A stretch of DNA of 64,000 bases from Eledone cirrhosa (Eukaryota): positions 344,720,001-344,784,000 of the forward strand of contig OZ024740.1 of assembly GCA_964016885.1 (NCBI GenBank), read 5' to 3'. The position numbers were made by a program, and so were the translations under genes. Below are positions 1 through 13,994 of this stretch, piece after piece. The notes beneath the pieces are model-generated. The model had not been told where the DNA came from. It did not search any database and saw only the letters and a list, made by a program, of their open reading frames with translations. Position 1 is the stretch's first letter, and every line of letters starts with the position of its first letter.

Positions 1-229
1 ATCGTTTTATTTTCCGGAAGTGTGTGTGTGATTAAGGGGAGTTAATGCGTAAGGGGAGGTAACTAGCTGATTCCTATAACTAAATGTATGTCGCTTGTGT
101 TGGAAAGGAGGTCATGTATGTAAACAATCATTGAAAAATTGCTCCGAACACTCCAAACCTCGGTATGGACGAAACAATTATAAGCTAATAAATGGTTTGA
201 ACAGAACTTTGATTCATGTAATTTCTATA

Positions 230-275
<46 letters not shown>

Positions 276-296
276 TATATATATATATATAACTTT

Positions 297-3250
297 CATA
301 GGTTTCGGCCAGTATTAGCCAAGGCCATGTCTAACTTAATAGCACCACCTGGCGTAGTTTTACAAATTCGTGTTTGGGCACCATAGCCCACTTGAGCAGA
401 GAGTTACTGTTTACGGAGGCATATCCGGGTTTAGGAGGATTATCCTGGATTTCTTGAAGGAAATTTGTCCAAAGAATTCTTGAACTTGATGGGGTCTGTC
501 TCTACTTTGATGTGTTTTGGTGTAATGTTAAAGAGTGCAGGGCCAATTAAGGTGAAATAATTATGCCGTATTGTTGTTATGAGATGCGAGTGAGATTTGT
601 GTCGTGGGCGGATAGCACGGGGCCCAAGCCTTGGCTGTACATTAAAGGTGATGCCAACATCATTTGGGCAAAGCTGATGGAATATTTTCCTCATCATGCA
701 GATGATGTAGCGTTCACGGCGACGTTGGAGAGAATAAAGTTTGAGCTTTTCTAATCGACTCCAATAGTCAAGGCCTGTCATGTCATCTATCTTTTTTGTT
801 ATTGACCTTTGGGGTGCTTCAACTTTCATGATACTTTGTTTCGTGTGGGGTGACCACAGTGGACAACAGTATTCAAGGTGGGGTCGGGAAAAAGTGGAGA
901 AGAGAAGGAAAACAGTGTGTATATCTCTCGACTGGAAAGTTCTGAGAATCCAGGAACACATTCTGAAGCCATATCAACTTTGCTGTTTATATGAGTGGCC
1001 CAGCTTATATTGTTGTCCACAATTACTCCCAGGTCTCTGATGTTATTGGATGCCACTAGAGTTTCAGGGCATCCTTTTTTCCAAAGTGGATTAATTCAAA
1101 CTTATCCTCATTCAACAGCATATTATTCATTTCTGCCCATTGGATAACAGCCAGTATGTCTGACTGAAGGCAAGTCCGGTCACCCACTTCATTGATGACC
1201 CTTTGGAGCTTGGAATCATCTGCGAAGATTTTTATGTTGCTGTGCTTGATGATGTCAGTAATGTCATTAATGTAGATGATGAAAAGAAGTGGGCCCAACA
1301 CAGTGCCATGTGGGACGCCACTGCTAACTTTAGCAGGGCTTGATTTTACTCCTTCGACTACAACATGCTGGCTTCTGCCTGTCAGGAAACATTTAATCCA
1401 CTGTAGTAACCTTCAAGAGACACCAACATTGGATAGTCTTTTACAGTAGAATATTATGATCAACCCTGTCGAAGGCCTTGCTGAAATCAAGGTAGATGAC
1501 ATCAGTGTTGGAGCCCTCTCCCAAGCCTCTCAAAACATCGTCAAAATGATGGAGGAACTGCGTTAGGCAGTCCCTTCCATTACGGAACCCATGTTGGTTG
1601 GAGTTCAGCAGGCCATTGCTTTCAAGAAAGTGGGTTATTCGTGATCTCACCCCCTTCACCCTCTCAAATACCTTGATACTATGAGAGGTGAGTGAGATCG
1701 GACGGCAGTTCACTGCAAGTGACTTATTTCCATTTTTGAAGACTGGGACAGAAAGGTTTCAGGAATATAGCCAGTGTCCAGTGAGTTTCTCCAAAGATTA
1801 GCAGAGGAGATGCAAGTTGGCGTCGACACACCTTCAGGACACAAGCAGGGAACCTGTCGGGGCCTACTGCTGAATTGTGTTTAATTTCATTTATTACCGC
1901 TAAGACATCAGGGGCGCCAAACGTTATGTTTGATATAGTGTGTTGGGGATTAACATCATTGATACAGCCCAGATCGGCCATATCAGGATTGCTAAAAACA
2001 GAGCAGTATTGTTACTGCAGTATCTCGCCTATGGTTTTGGCATCGCCTTGGAGTGTGCATTTTCATCAACTAGGGGAACAACAGTGGAGACGGTGACCTT
2101 GTGTTTTTTAGCAAATGAAAAGAAGACTTTAGGGTTGAGTTTGATTTTCTCAATGGCCCACCTCTCTTCAACTATTCTCTGGTTATTGATGATGGTCATC
2201 ATGCATTGCTGGAGGTTATATTTGTTTGACTCAAGCATGGCGATAGCCATCGAATGCGTTGCTGTTGGCCGTATTTTAGTGTGTTAATTTTTTTGTTTGT
2301 TCTTTCAATTTTTCTGATAATTGTTTTTCTGTTTTGGGGGATACTGCACTTGGTTTTTTCACAGGTTTTGGTGGGGTATGTTTTGTACATATATTTGTGA
2401 CAGTGTCTACAAAGATCTGCCAAGATGTTTTGATGTTGGTGGAAGTGTATGCGTGTGTAAAATACCAGTCGACATGTGATAGTTCGTTCATAATTGCATC
2501 CCGGTTGGCATTGTAGAGATCCATGTTATCAAATGGGTGGGCTGGAAAGACGACTCTGGGATTTGCTTTCGGCGGGTGGAATCTCAGGTTACAAAGAACC
2601 ATGTCATGGTCTGAGAGAAGGGTTTTTTCCACTGTAATATTATGCATAGTGTTAGTGTGGTTACTAAACACTAGATCAGAGAATATTCTTCTGGTGCCTC
2701 GTTGGTGCAAGGACAAGTTGGGACAAGAAAAACTCATTCATGAAGTCAAGAAGTGACTCGACAGCTTCTTTGTCAGTGTTTGAAGTTGTGGTGCCTGGTT
2801 TCAAACTACATGTAGGCCAATCAACACAGGGTAGATTAAAGTCTCCCATCAAAAGTATGTTGCTAGAATTGCACTGTTTAATAAAGCATTTAATACTCTT
2901 AAGGCATTCTTTGAAGCAGTTTAAGGGTGTTTGTGGTGGCCTATAGAGCCCAACTAATTGGCTTTATTGTGCGCAGTGACTGATTTACAGTATCCATTAG
3001 AAAATGATGTGTTACCCTCTGCCGTAAAGGAACCATGCAGGAAAATGGTAGTTCCACCCTTCCTTCTGCCAACACGATCCGCACGGATGGTTGTGAAATT
3101 TCTCACTCTTACTTCGGCCTCCAAGTGGGAGTTGTCAAGGTGGGTCTCAGTAAGAATGAAGAAGGTGATGTGAAATGGATGGTTACAAACCCAATGAATT
3201 GAATCTTCCATTTCTGTGCATTGATGGATGGGCTGATACCTTGTGTATTG
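297..3250 (-). mobile_element. Decayed CR1-type LINE ORF2 (APE endonuclease + RT), fragmented by frameshifts
   Basis: Collinear minus-strand fragments: EN (LTETHL..RADR, 2954-3211; SDHDMV, 2276-2737), RT (RPISLTS, QHGFR, YLDFSKAFDRVDH, 1441-1713; LGPLLFIIYIND..FADDSKL, 1056-1301), C-terminus (RPHLEYCCPLWSP..LYSLQRRRERY, 440-961). Both ends abut (TA)n. Confidence 0.9.
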
Positions 3251-3287
3251 AGTAAATATATATATATATATTGTAAATATATATATT

Positions 3288-3326
<39 letters not shown>

Positions 3327-3328
3327 AA

Positions 3329-3404
3329 TAAATAGCTTAGAGTTTAGACTCAATGGGGTCATTTACAATAATTTCAGCTCTAAGAATCGCTTCTGAGCAG
3401 AATA
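3329..3404. repeat. Dispersed repeat end shared with 38591-38664
   Basis: aataaatagcttagagtttagactc...gcttctgagcag follows (TA)n at both sites. Confidence 0.75.
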
Positions 3405-3803
3405 AATTAATATTTGATGAACATTTACATGTTTTAGTTGTAATTCACTAATAAAATCGCTAGAATGAAATATCTTAATTCAACAACATAAAGTTTGCCT
3501 GTACGATCTAAAAAATAATAAATCAATACTCACAGACTCATATGGGCAAAAGGCCTTGGTACCTAGACACGTTTAAAATTCAAAATACAAACTTTTTCCG
3601 CAGATCGGTCAGAACTTCAAACTTCAAACATGTTTCACAAAGGATGGTATAATAGTGAAATAATTAATTAATTAGTAGTGAGTTAATCAACTTTTTCTGT
3701 GTTTATCAATAGGTACCCAGATAAAATTAAATAACTTCACCTCAGAAAAATATCTAAGGTCTGGTTAGCGTAGCGAAAATACACGAGGTTTTGCACACGG
3801 CTT

Positions 3804-4157
<354 letters not shown>

Positions 4158-5226
4158 TAAGAGAGTATTGAAGTTTGCTTGAAGCATTGTGGAATAATAA
4201 GTAAATATCTTTAAGTCGTTTGGAAGCCTCGACAATGCAAATGGGTAAATCTCCGTGTAACAAGATCCGGTGGTGGAGAGAGAGATGTAAGTGGGTGTAC
4301 GTTGAGATGCGTGGTGTGTATAAGATGTGTAGAAGAATGAATGAAAGAGTATAAAGGATAAAATACGTCGAGTATAAGATAGAATGTGACAGGTGCAACC
4401 AATACTACAAAGGTAGCACGATCCGACCTTTGCACATCCGGATCAAGGAACACACTAAAACCAGGGCCTCGTCCTTCCGGAAACACATAGACAAATGCGG
4501 AAACAAAGACGGAAGGCCCATTGTCACAATTCTAGTGACTGAAAGAAACGTCGGCAAGTCACGTATCAAGGAAGCGCTTTTTATCAAACGCCTGCAACCG
4601 CAAATAAACAATCGATCCGAGAGAAGCGAAATGAGATGTCTGGTTTAAGTTAACAAACGATGCAGCAACACACGCACGCACACACACACAAACGAGACAA
4701 CTACACACACACAAGCACACACACACAGTAGCATTCCACCATACGAACATACTACACTGCCAATACAGAGGAACATGGCAACAACACACGCACACACACT
4801 CAAGCGAGACAACAACACATGCACACACACACACAGTAACATTTAACAAACAGGCAGAGAATGGACTGACAGCTAGCGCCACCCCACTCCCTCATTCGGC
4901 CGCTGACCTCTGCCCGACCGACCCCATTTCACGCGCACGCGCGCTCTGTTGAATACTTCAGATATTCAAAACAACAAACAGCGGAGGACGCGGTCGCACC
5001 TTTCCGACAGACAACCTTTGCCCCACCCCAGAAAAAACCCCAGTCGATGGATGTGAATCCGAAATATATAGAGACAATTAAATCTCTCCCAAGGTAACTC
5101 TCTCTCGTGATGTTATTTTATTTTATCCTTTATATTCTTTCCTTCATTCTTCTACACATCTCAAAGTACACCCACTTACATCTCTCTCTCCACCACCGGA
5201 TCTTGTTAACCGGAGATTTACCGATT

Positions 5227-5229
<3 letters not shown>
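4158..5229 (+). mobile_element. 5'-truncated Penelope-like element: GIY-YIG C-terminus + pseudo-LTR, preceded by an inverted copy of its 3' end
   Basis: 4364-4648 encodes IECDRCNQYY..RPLHIRIKEH..IKEALFIKRLQPQIN and is nearly identical to 23300-23587. 4158-4363 is the reverse complement of the family 3' end (24080-24297). Confidence 0.9.
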
Positions 5230-5284
<55 letters not shown>

Positions 5285-5288
<4 letters not shown>

Positions 5289-5639
5289 AAAAAGAGATGA
5301 AATCGAAAATGCAACTGGAGTCTTATTTTAAAAAAAATATATATATTTATTTGGTTCCTTTACCGTTTTCGCAGTTCTTCTGCTTTTCAAATGGTGAGTT
5401 GAGATGGAGGGTCTGTGGTTTTTCTCACATCAGATGTGAGAAAAACCACAGACCCTCCATCTCAACTCACCATTTGAAAAGCAGAAGAACTGCGAAACCG
5501 GTAAAGGAACCAAATAAATATATATATTTTAAAAAAAAATAAGACTCCAGTTGCATTTTCGATTTCATCTCTTTTTCCTTATACTTTCACTCGTGTAGGA
5601 CACCTCGGTTATTTTTCATTTTGTTAAAAAAAACCTCAC

Positions 5640-5647
<8 letters not shown>
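5285..5647. mobile_element. ORF-less fold-back element with variant hammerhead; copies at 12041-12401 (palindromic) and 53028-53237 (single arm)
   Basis: Near-perfect palindrome of about 2x147 bp centred at ctcacat-cag-atgtgag (about 5432), with a unique 3' tail, flanked by (TA)n. Confidence 0.9.
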
Positions 5648-5699
<52 letters not shown>

Positions 5700-5936
5700 A
5701 TAACAATAAATTTGAAGACTAAAATCCAAAGAGGGCTCGATAAGTATAAATATATATCAAATATATAAGTCCAGTAGAGCAAATATTTATTAAAATAACA
5801 GATTAAATTTTAAGCAAAGAATCGCTGCTTTCACCCTTAACGGGATCTTCTAAAACTAACAAAGTCAATCTGTAAACGCAGAAGTGAATATTTAAAAAAA
5901 ACGTTGCAACCGCAGGAAGACAGGAAGACGATACTT

Positions 5937-6220
5937 TGGTTCGTAGAAACGTTCCCTGGCAAAGAACGGGAAAAAACGAATATAATACGTCATTATTTGG
6001 AGCGATGAAAAACAATTACACGCAAAGACGGAATCACGTTTATGGTATAAAAGAAGTCGTAGACTAATATTCTCTTAGGTGGTTCATAGAGACGTTCTCT
6101 GGCAATTAACGGAAAAAACGAAGATAATACGCCATATGTGGATCGTGGAGAACAATTGCACGCAATGACAAAACCACGTAAATGGTATAACTGAAGTCAT
6201 AGATTAAAATTCTAACTAGG
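5937..6220. repeat. Two diverged ~142-bp tandem units inside the PLE terminal repeat
   Basis: tggttcgtagaaacgttccctggc... (5937) vs tggttcatagagacgttctctggc... (6080); mirrored in the other arm at about 9440-9910. Confidence 0.8.
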
Positions 6221-6819
6221 AAACCGAATGATTCTCCGCTTCAGAGTTAAGAATAAAGTAAATAAAATACAGAGGTAATTGAAATTAAATAAATATATAC
6301 ACGCATCCAAATACGTACATACACAAGCATACGCGAAAACACTCGCCATAGGTATACAAATAGGGGCACATATAAATATATATGTGTGTGATGCGTGTAT
6401 ACAAATAATTAAATAAACGTATATAAATAAATAAATACGTTATAACAAGCGCACACACATACCTACATGTAAATACACAAATGTTCTGAGACGTACGTCA
6501 AACAAAACACCAAGTACACATATACACCCACCCTACATACGTACGAACCCGCATACTCACACAGACGCAAAACACACGTATACACATAACCAAAAGCATA
6601 TGTACCAGAATATATAAAAATATACGCCATAACATATACAATCAAATATACGTACGAGAAAGTATATGTACCTTCACAAAACATACAGGTAATATATACT
6701 TACCTATGCAAATAAGTAACGGTATAAACATAACAGTTACTTAGTTACCACATCAAGACGTAAAATATCCGCGTATAGATCGTACTATCCGTTAGGGTAT
6801 AATGTGGGGCTGTAATACA

Positions 6820-8900
6820 GGAAAGTTTTGTGAAATTTATGTTTACAAGCCGAAAATTCCCCCAGATTTTTTGTTTAAGATGTGGTCTGTGGCGTAGAGT
6901 ATTTCCAGGGCCTTAGCGGCGCAGAGGTCACATGGTCTTTTATTTCCGTTATACGATCTAGCCCTAGCTAGGATCTCCCAGTGTAACTTATATTGGGTGT
7001 GCTTGTCTTTTAGTCTCCAGATATAAGCTGAAATGACGTCATATTCCTTCTTAGAGAGTAACGAAAAGAATGGGTATGCATGTAAAGACGCTGCTTGAAT
7101 CTACTGACGGTTAACCCTATGTAGGCCCTACGGAAAGTGGGTGTTTCAGCCTTACATTTGTAGACAATGTTACCAGAGAGGCATTTCCCGGATAGGGGGC
7201 AATCAACACGATTCCTACAATTAGAGTTAGTACTAATTACAGGGGTGCACGTGTTCCTACGACTAGGTAGTTTAGCTAAATTTGAAGCTGTGGTGTTATG
7301 TACAAGGTTAGGTGTCGTAGAGTAAGACATGTTAATAGTATTTCTATTAAAAATGTTACTATATTTATGTGTAGGGGGAAAATGCTTCGTAATAAGGGAT
7401 AGAAAGATCTTAGCTAATGGTGTGGCCACCTCCATATTATATGGTGGGTTATACCATATAATGCGTCTTCTAGGTCTATTCTCGTACTCTGTATATGCTA
7501 CCTTATCGACAAATCCACTCCGAGCAAGAGCTTCATTGTAATATGTGGAATGGTCGTTGAAAATATGCTCGTTAGTAGATAAACGGGAAAGCCTCAACGA
7601 AACGTTTCTTACCAGGTTCTTGGTTATGCTGGCAGGGTGGTTGGAATGCTTACTTATGTAATTAAGAGTAGCATTCAGCTTTCTATACGGGTAATACAAG
7701 CCATTCGATAAATTGAGGGTAACGTCGATGTAATTAACGACCGAGAGGTTGGCCTCAACCTGTATAGAGAGGTTGAAGCCTTTAAAGATGGCTGTGAGTT
7801 TTTTCTGAACCTGTCGCAAGCACGAGGGCCGCACTTAGTCATGGTCAAAAGACCATCATCACGGTACAAACCACTGCCCACTTTGCGGAATTTGTCCTTG
7901 ATAGAGAAAAGAAGGAAAAGGCCGATAAGATCAGTAACCTCCGCAGAATCGCTGGCACCCATATTCACGTCGAATGGGGTACTATTGGATTTTTTAATCC
8001 AAATAGAGTCGTCGAAATTAATCACCGACTTATGGGCATTGAGCATGACATCAACTTCGAAATCCTTAACCACTGTGAGTGTTTTAGCGAAATTGATAGC
8101 TCTAAGTAGAAGTGGTAAAGTGATAGAGGAGTAGTAATTGTTGGTGTCGAATTGGATAAAGCGACAATGTTCCTTGTTGCATATGCCGTTGAACCAATCA
8201 ATCACCGCGAAAGAATTGTGCCACAGTGCAAGAGGGGCCAAACTTCTAATTACAGGTATAATTCTATCAAGAATCCTTTTACTAAGTCTACCTAAATCGG
8301 ATTTCGTAGGGTTAGTAAGCCGAATAGAGGGGTTGTTCGGAAAATTGGATTGGTGATCCTTCAGGGTAAAGTGGGGAGAAATAGGGTCCAGAGGTTCGTT
8401 CCGGTCCAGGAAGTTGAGATCAGATGTGATTTTAAACCCAGCATCGTTGATTTCATTGATGACGCACCGATTAGTTTTACGGTAATCCTTAGTTACAGCA
8501 TTATGTAGTAGTTGATAGTAAGTACTGCGCTCCACTTGATATAGGTTGCCAGTTTTGTCGGAATGGACGTGCACGACATTAGAATCCTTAATAGAACGAA
8601 TTCTATTATTCAGGTCCTGCTGGAAGGAATTGTTCCTATTCCGAAATTTGATACTCCGTATGAGTTCCAAGACATCATTTTCGAAGGGTAGCAATGCTGG
8701 GTTACACGGAGGGTTATTATAGGTTTTAAACCCAAATGTATCCTGTTTGTTGTCTGCTTTACGCGGATTATCGAAATAAAAGGCACGCCAACGCAACCTT
8801 TTAATGAACGCGTCTGTTTTCTGTATCAGGAGTTTTAGGTATGTTTTCCTGCTTGGTACGGGTATGTTCTTTGTAGAAATATTCAAATGTTATTTCTGCA
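6820..8900 (-). pseudogene. PLE polyprotein (RT + Cys-rich linker + GIY-YIG), frameshifted near 7800-7830 and 7020
   Basis: STKNIP..FIKRLRWRA, FIQFD..YYSSI, FDVNMGASDSAEV, LYRDDGL, IIWYNPPY, NCR..CPLSGKC..VYKC..YIGLT..FKQR..H..SF; read manually downstream, PCDLCAAKALEI. Confidence 0.88.
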
Positions 8901-9682
8901 TATGTGGTAGCTAAGTATATGTTATGTTTATACCGTTACTTATTTGCATAGGTAAGTATATATTACCTGTATGTTTTGTGAAGTTACATATACTTTCTCG
9001 TACGTATATTTGATTGTATATTTTATGGCGTATATTTTTATATATTCTGGTACATATGCTTTTGGTTATGTGTATACGTGTGTTTTGCGTCTGTGTGAGT
9101 ATGCGGGTTCGTACGTATGTAGGGTGTGTGTATATGTGTACTTGGTGTTTTGTTTGACGTACGTCTCCGAACATTTGTGTATTTACATGTAGATATGTGT
9201 GTGCGCTTGTTATATACGTATTTATTTATTTATATACGTTTATTTAATTATTTGTATACACGCACACTCACGCACATACATATTTATATGTGCGTGTATT
9301 TGTATACCTATGGCGAGTGTTTTCGCGTATCCTTGTGTATGTACGTATTTGGATGTGTGTATGTATTTATTTAATTTCAATTACCTCTTTATTTTATACA
9401 CTTTATTCTTAATTCTGAAGCGGAGAATCATTCGGTTTCCTAGTTAGAATTTTAATCTACGACTTCAGTTATACCATATACGTGGTTTTGTCTTTGCGTG
9501 CAATTGTTCTCCACGATCCACATATGACGTATTATCTTCGTTTTTTCCGTTCATTGCCAGAGAACGTCTCTATGAACCTCCTAAGAGAACATTAGTCTAC
9601 GACTTCTTTTATACCATAAACGTGGTTCTGTCTTTGCGTGTAATTGTTTTTCACCGCTCCAAATAATTACGTATTATATTCG

Positions 9683-9861
9683 TGGATTAGCAGTATCGGT
9701 AGAGGGTCGGACGCCATCCTTTCCAGCATAGTTACGTCCCTTTACGATCTAGGTTCAAATCCCGCCGAGGTTGACTTAGCCTTTCATCCTTACGGGGTCG
9801 ATAAAATAAAGTACCAGTAATACACTGGATAATTGCTGGCCTTGTGCCTAGCGTAGAAACA
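9683..9861 (+). mobile_element. tRNA-derived SINE with Nin/Deu-type core, inserted in the PLE arm
   Basis: B-box ggttcaaatcc, core gcctttcatccttacggggtcgataaa, TSD attatattcg on both sides; absent from the opposite arm. Confidence 0.9.
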
Positions 9862-10056
9862 ATTATATTCGTTTTTTCCCTTTCTTTGCCAGGGAACGTA
9901 CCCACGAACCAAAGTATCGTCTTCCTGTCTTCCTCCGATTGCAACGTTTTTCTAAATATTCAATTCTGCGTTTACAGATTGACTTTGTCAGTCTCAGAAG
10001 ATCCCGTTAAGAGTGAAAGCAGCCACTCGTTGCTTAAACTTTAATCTGTTATTTTA

Positions 10057-10130
<74 letters not shown>

Positions 10131-10547
10131 TGTATATAGAGAAAACTTGAACGGGAACAAAAACAGGAGGCAAACACATAAATGTTTATTAGGTTATAAA
10201 CTTATATATATGGCCACACATATACGCATACATAACCCCTGTTTTACTAAAGCTGGTGTTTGGATTTGCTCAACAGATCTTTACTAACGCTAAATTCTTC
10301 GTTTTCCTGTATGCGAATTTCGTGAAGGTTTACTTTGTATAGAAAGTACATTAATTTCCGCTATAGATATGTTTCCTCGACTTCATTTCACAAGCCACAC
10401 TGCTATTCTTTTAATTTCTGTGGAGTTCCGTCCTTGCTGTATAGTTTCAACAATATATACTATCCACATGAATGCAGACACACAGGCCCACACATTATCA
10501 TGTATTTGTATGTATATATATATATCAATATATATGTGTGTGTGTAT

Positions 10548-10624
<77 letters not shown>

Positions 10625-11527
10625 ATTGTGTGTGAGTGTGTGTGTGTGTGTATTCTTTAAACGCGCCATAATGCCAGAACACCTTTGTTCTTGTTTACTC
10701 ATTAATTATCTCTCAAGCTTAGCTCCGATTCCAGACTCTATTACACAGTTAATTTTACTTGACACTGAATATCATTTTGTTTCTTTCAAATTTCCTTCCT
10801 TTACTCATCTTCATCACACTTTATGTTATGCCCCTTTCTTTTTCTTTCCTCCTTTATCTCTCTCTCTCTCTCTTTCTCTTCCCTCCAATATCTATAACAC
10901 TCCCACTTTCTATTTCTCCTATTTTTATCTGAATCGTCCTTCCTCTCAAGAACCATGATTGTATTTCCTCTTGTGAGATTTCCAGGGGGAGGAACTCATT
11001 ACCAGTAGTTCTATTAACTTGGACGTTGCATCTAATTTCTGCTTGGAGTAAGTTTGATAGAATTTCTTTCAAGACATCCAAATCATAGAGTCTTTTCCTC
11101 TCCCGCAGAGCTTCTAATCTTCCATCCTATTCTCTTGATGTTATTACCATTCTTACTTGTAAATCCATTAATATTTAATGGGATATTATTAATTGAGAAT
11201 TATCTTGGTCAGGTTAGAACAAATATTTTTTTTCTTTCTTTAACAGTATATCTATCTCTATCTATATATTTCCCCATTTCCCTCTGTATTTTATAACTTC
11301 TTGTCTCTATTTCGGATTGCTGTCTTCATAAACTCGGAATTCTACTTCGTTGCAAACATTATTTAAGGCTCCAAACTCAAAGACAGTGCTTTAAATATGT
11401 CTGGCTATTCTTTCTCTTCATTTTCATCGTCACTTTCTATCTTACAGTCATTGTTGCGTATTTACTTCAGCATATTTACTCAATCTTGCAGTCTTACCCT
11501 TATACATATATGTGTGTATGTATGTAC

Positions 11528-11623
<96 letters not shown>

Positions 11624-11933
11624 GGTGTGGTAAGATAACAGGGGCACCATAACGCATCAGAGTACTCAAGACTTAGGATAGTAGAGTTCTGGAACTTATA
11701 AGGCAAACACAGAGGTGCTACAGTACAAAAACTTATTAGTATCACACTAAGACTAAGGAGGAGTTAGAAGACGGTTTATGGTTTGGGACATAACTCCTCT
11801 TTCAGGAAATGGATATTTCGGATATATATGTATATATACACACACACATATATTTATATATATATATATAAATATATATACACACACACAGCTATATATA
11901 TATATATGATATAGATTGGCATATATATATATA

Positions 11934-11996
<63 letters not shown>

Positions 11997-12040
11997 AAAG
12001 AATAGAGGTGTAACACACGAGTTATGATATATATATATGT

Positions 12041-12393
12041 ATAACGAAAAAAAGATGAAATCGAAAATGCAACTGAAGTCTTATTTTTTAAAAATATATA
12101 TATTTATTTGGTTCCTTTACCGGTTTCGCAGTTCTTCTGCTTTTCAAAAGTAGAGTTGAGATGGAGGGTCTGTGGTTTTTCTCACATCTCAGATGTGAGA
12201 AAGACCACAGACCGTCCATCTCAACTCTAGTTTTGAAAAGCAGAAGAACTGCGAAACCGGTAAAGGAAACAAATAAATATATATATTAAAATAAAAAAGA
12301 CTCCAGTTACAGTTTCGATTTCATCTTATTTTCTTCATACTTTCACTCGTGTAGGACACCTCGGTTCTTTATCATTTTGTTAAAAAACCACAC

Positions 12394-12401
<8 letters not shown>
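12041..12401. mobile_element. Second fold-back copy of the 5285 family
   Basis: Palindrome centred at tctcacatct-c-agatgtgaga (about 12190), with the same 3' tail, flanked by (TA)n. Confidence 0.9.
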
Positions 12402-12434
<33 letters not shown>

Positions 12435-12436
<2 letters not shown>

Positions 12437-12620
12437 TTATTCCTGGTTTAATCGGAGGTAACCACAGTAAGTAACCTACTCATAACATAGCAGAGTATAA
12501 ATGTTCCATATAGAAGAGATTCTACAGGACTAGAACAGTTTCATTCGTGAGAAATCATCAGGAAGCTGACTGTCCAAGTGGGTGGAGATATTTATATCTT
12601 TTCTTTTCTGGTGGTAGGAG
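12435..12620 (-). mobile_element. Short dispersed pLTR-like repeat carrying a hammerhead; other copies 27143-27335, 35378-35513, diverged 26296-26435, fragment 30930-30955
   Basis: Shared gttattcc.ggtt.aatcggaggtaaccacagtaag...ctacaggactagaac.gtttcat...gaaatcatcaggaag. Confidence 0.8.
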
Positions 12621-12778
12621 AGGGTGGGGATTACATATATACATATATACATTTATACATACATATATACATACATATATATATATGTATACATATGTAT
12701 ATATATATATATATATACTTATATATATAAATGCATATATATATATGTATATATATATTTATACATATATGAATATAC

Positions 12779-12813
<35 letters not shown>

Positions 12814-12849
12814 CATATATATATACATATATATATATATATATGTATA

Positions 12850-12980
<131 letters not shown>

Positions 12981-13016
12981 CATATATATATATACATGAT
13001 GGCTGCCCCCTTTTTA

Positions 13017-13403
13017 TCGAATAATATATATAAAAGCGAGGATGTGTGTGTGTCTGTATACAACTTTGAATGCCTAAGGCTTTTACAATTACCAACCGAA
13101 TTTGACCAAATTTTCTGTGCACGTTGCACAGGTCGTTAAGATGGTCACATCCCAATTTTTTCAAATCGACCCACGTTGAGCAATAAAAAATCGATATCAA
13201 AATTATCGGTAGCAACATTGATGTAAGGGAGATAACCGACTTTATTGATAATCCTTATAAAAAACGGGATATAACCACCTTTATTGACAATCCTTATAAA
13301 GAGACTGCTTAGGTTGGGGACACATAATGTTCTTCTTTTACTTCCTAGCTGTATATTCTTAGCATAATTTCAAACCCCAAGCAACGCCGATTAAATCTGC
13401 TAG
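13017..13403 (+). mobile_element. Non-autonomous Helitron-like element
   Basis: A|TC start followed by atatataaaagcgaggatgtgtgtgtgtctgt; degenerate subterminal hairpin (ccc.agcaacgccg) and CTAG|T end. Confidence 0.65.
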
Positions 13404-13559
13404 TTATTAATAATTATTAATTAATTCTATCGTGCAATGCCTGTACGTGAAGAATTTTTTAAAGTGAAGAAAGACTGTGCACTGAGCTAATCTCACTCTC
13501 CGAGCGACAGTAACTATAACCCGAAAAAAAGAAAAGATCAACATCATCGGTAACTACTG

Positions 13560-13690
13560 AACCACAGGATTTATATCGGAGTTATCCCAGTTTCCTGAGT
13601 TGCGTTCTCTTAGTAGAAAGCCCTGACAAAGGCTAGGGTTCCTTCACCCCCAATGGTATAACCGCGCGATCGGGTGTCCAGCCCGACTAT
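13560..13690 (-). mobile_element. Probable RTE-LINE 5'-UTR fragment, related to 45400-45660 (+)
   Basis: Both share ccc.tagcctttgtca.ggc...ctaRgagaa...aactc.gatata, resembling RTE 5' UTRs from recall. Confidence 0.45.
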
Positions 13691-13994
13691 TTCTATGTCC
13701 ACGCGCATATACAAACACATTCACCCATACATATGTACATGTGTATATACATATTTACACACATTTGGATGGCCGTAGACTCTTAGACTTTTTTGAATAT
13801 TAATAATAATATTCTATTCATTTGCAATTATGCAACCAGCCAGCCTCCTTAAGCCATGTGAGTAGAATGACTCGTCATTCTTGCTGTTGCATTGGCATAT
13901 AGACATGTCAATACAAGAGCGAGAATAAAGGGGTCATTCTACTCACACGGCTTAAAGAGGCTGTTTGCATAATTGCAAACGAATCGAAAATTAT

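Larger units (their letters stand above)
5696..10060 (-). mobile_element. Near-complete Naiad-type Penelope-like retroelement with ~1 kb inverted pseudo-LTRs
   Basis: RT-GIY-YIG ORF flanked by inverted repeats (about 5785-6752 vs 8900-10060, the latter interrupted by a SINE); both ends lie in (TA)n. Confidence 0.9.

Noticed and set aside
9683-9790. SINE heads as tRNA genes
   Set aside because: A and B boxes are present, but there is no cloverleaf and they continue into a SINE core with TSDs.
11765-11810. Minus-strand CTGAAAGA-GGA..TCC-CAAA as a hammerhead
   Set aside because: Extra core base, G12 absent and no stem I pairing.
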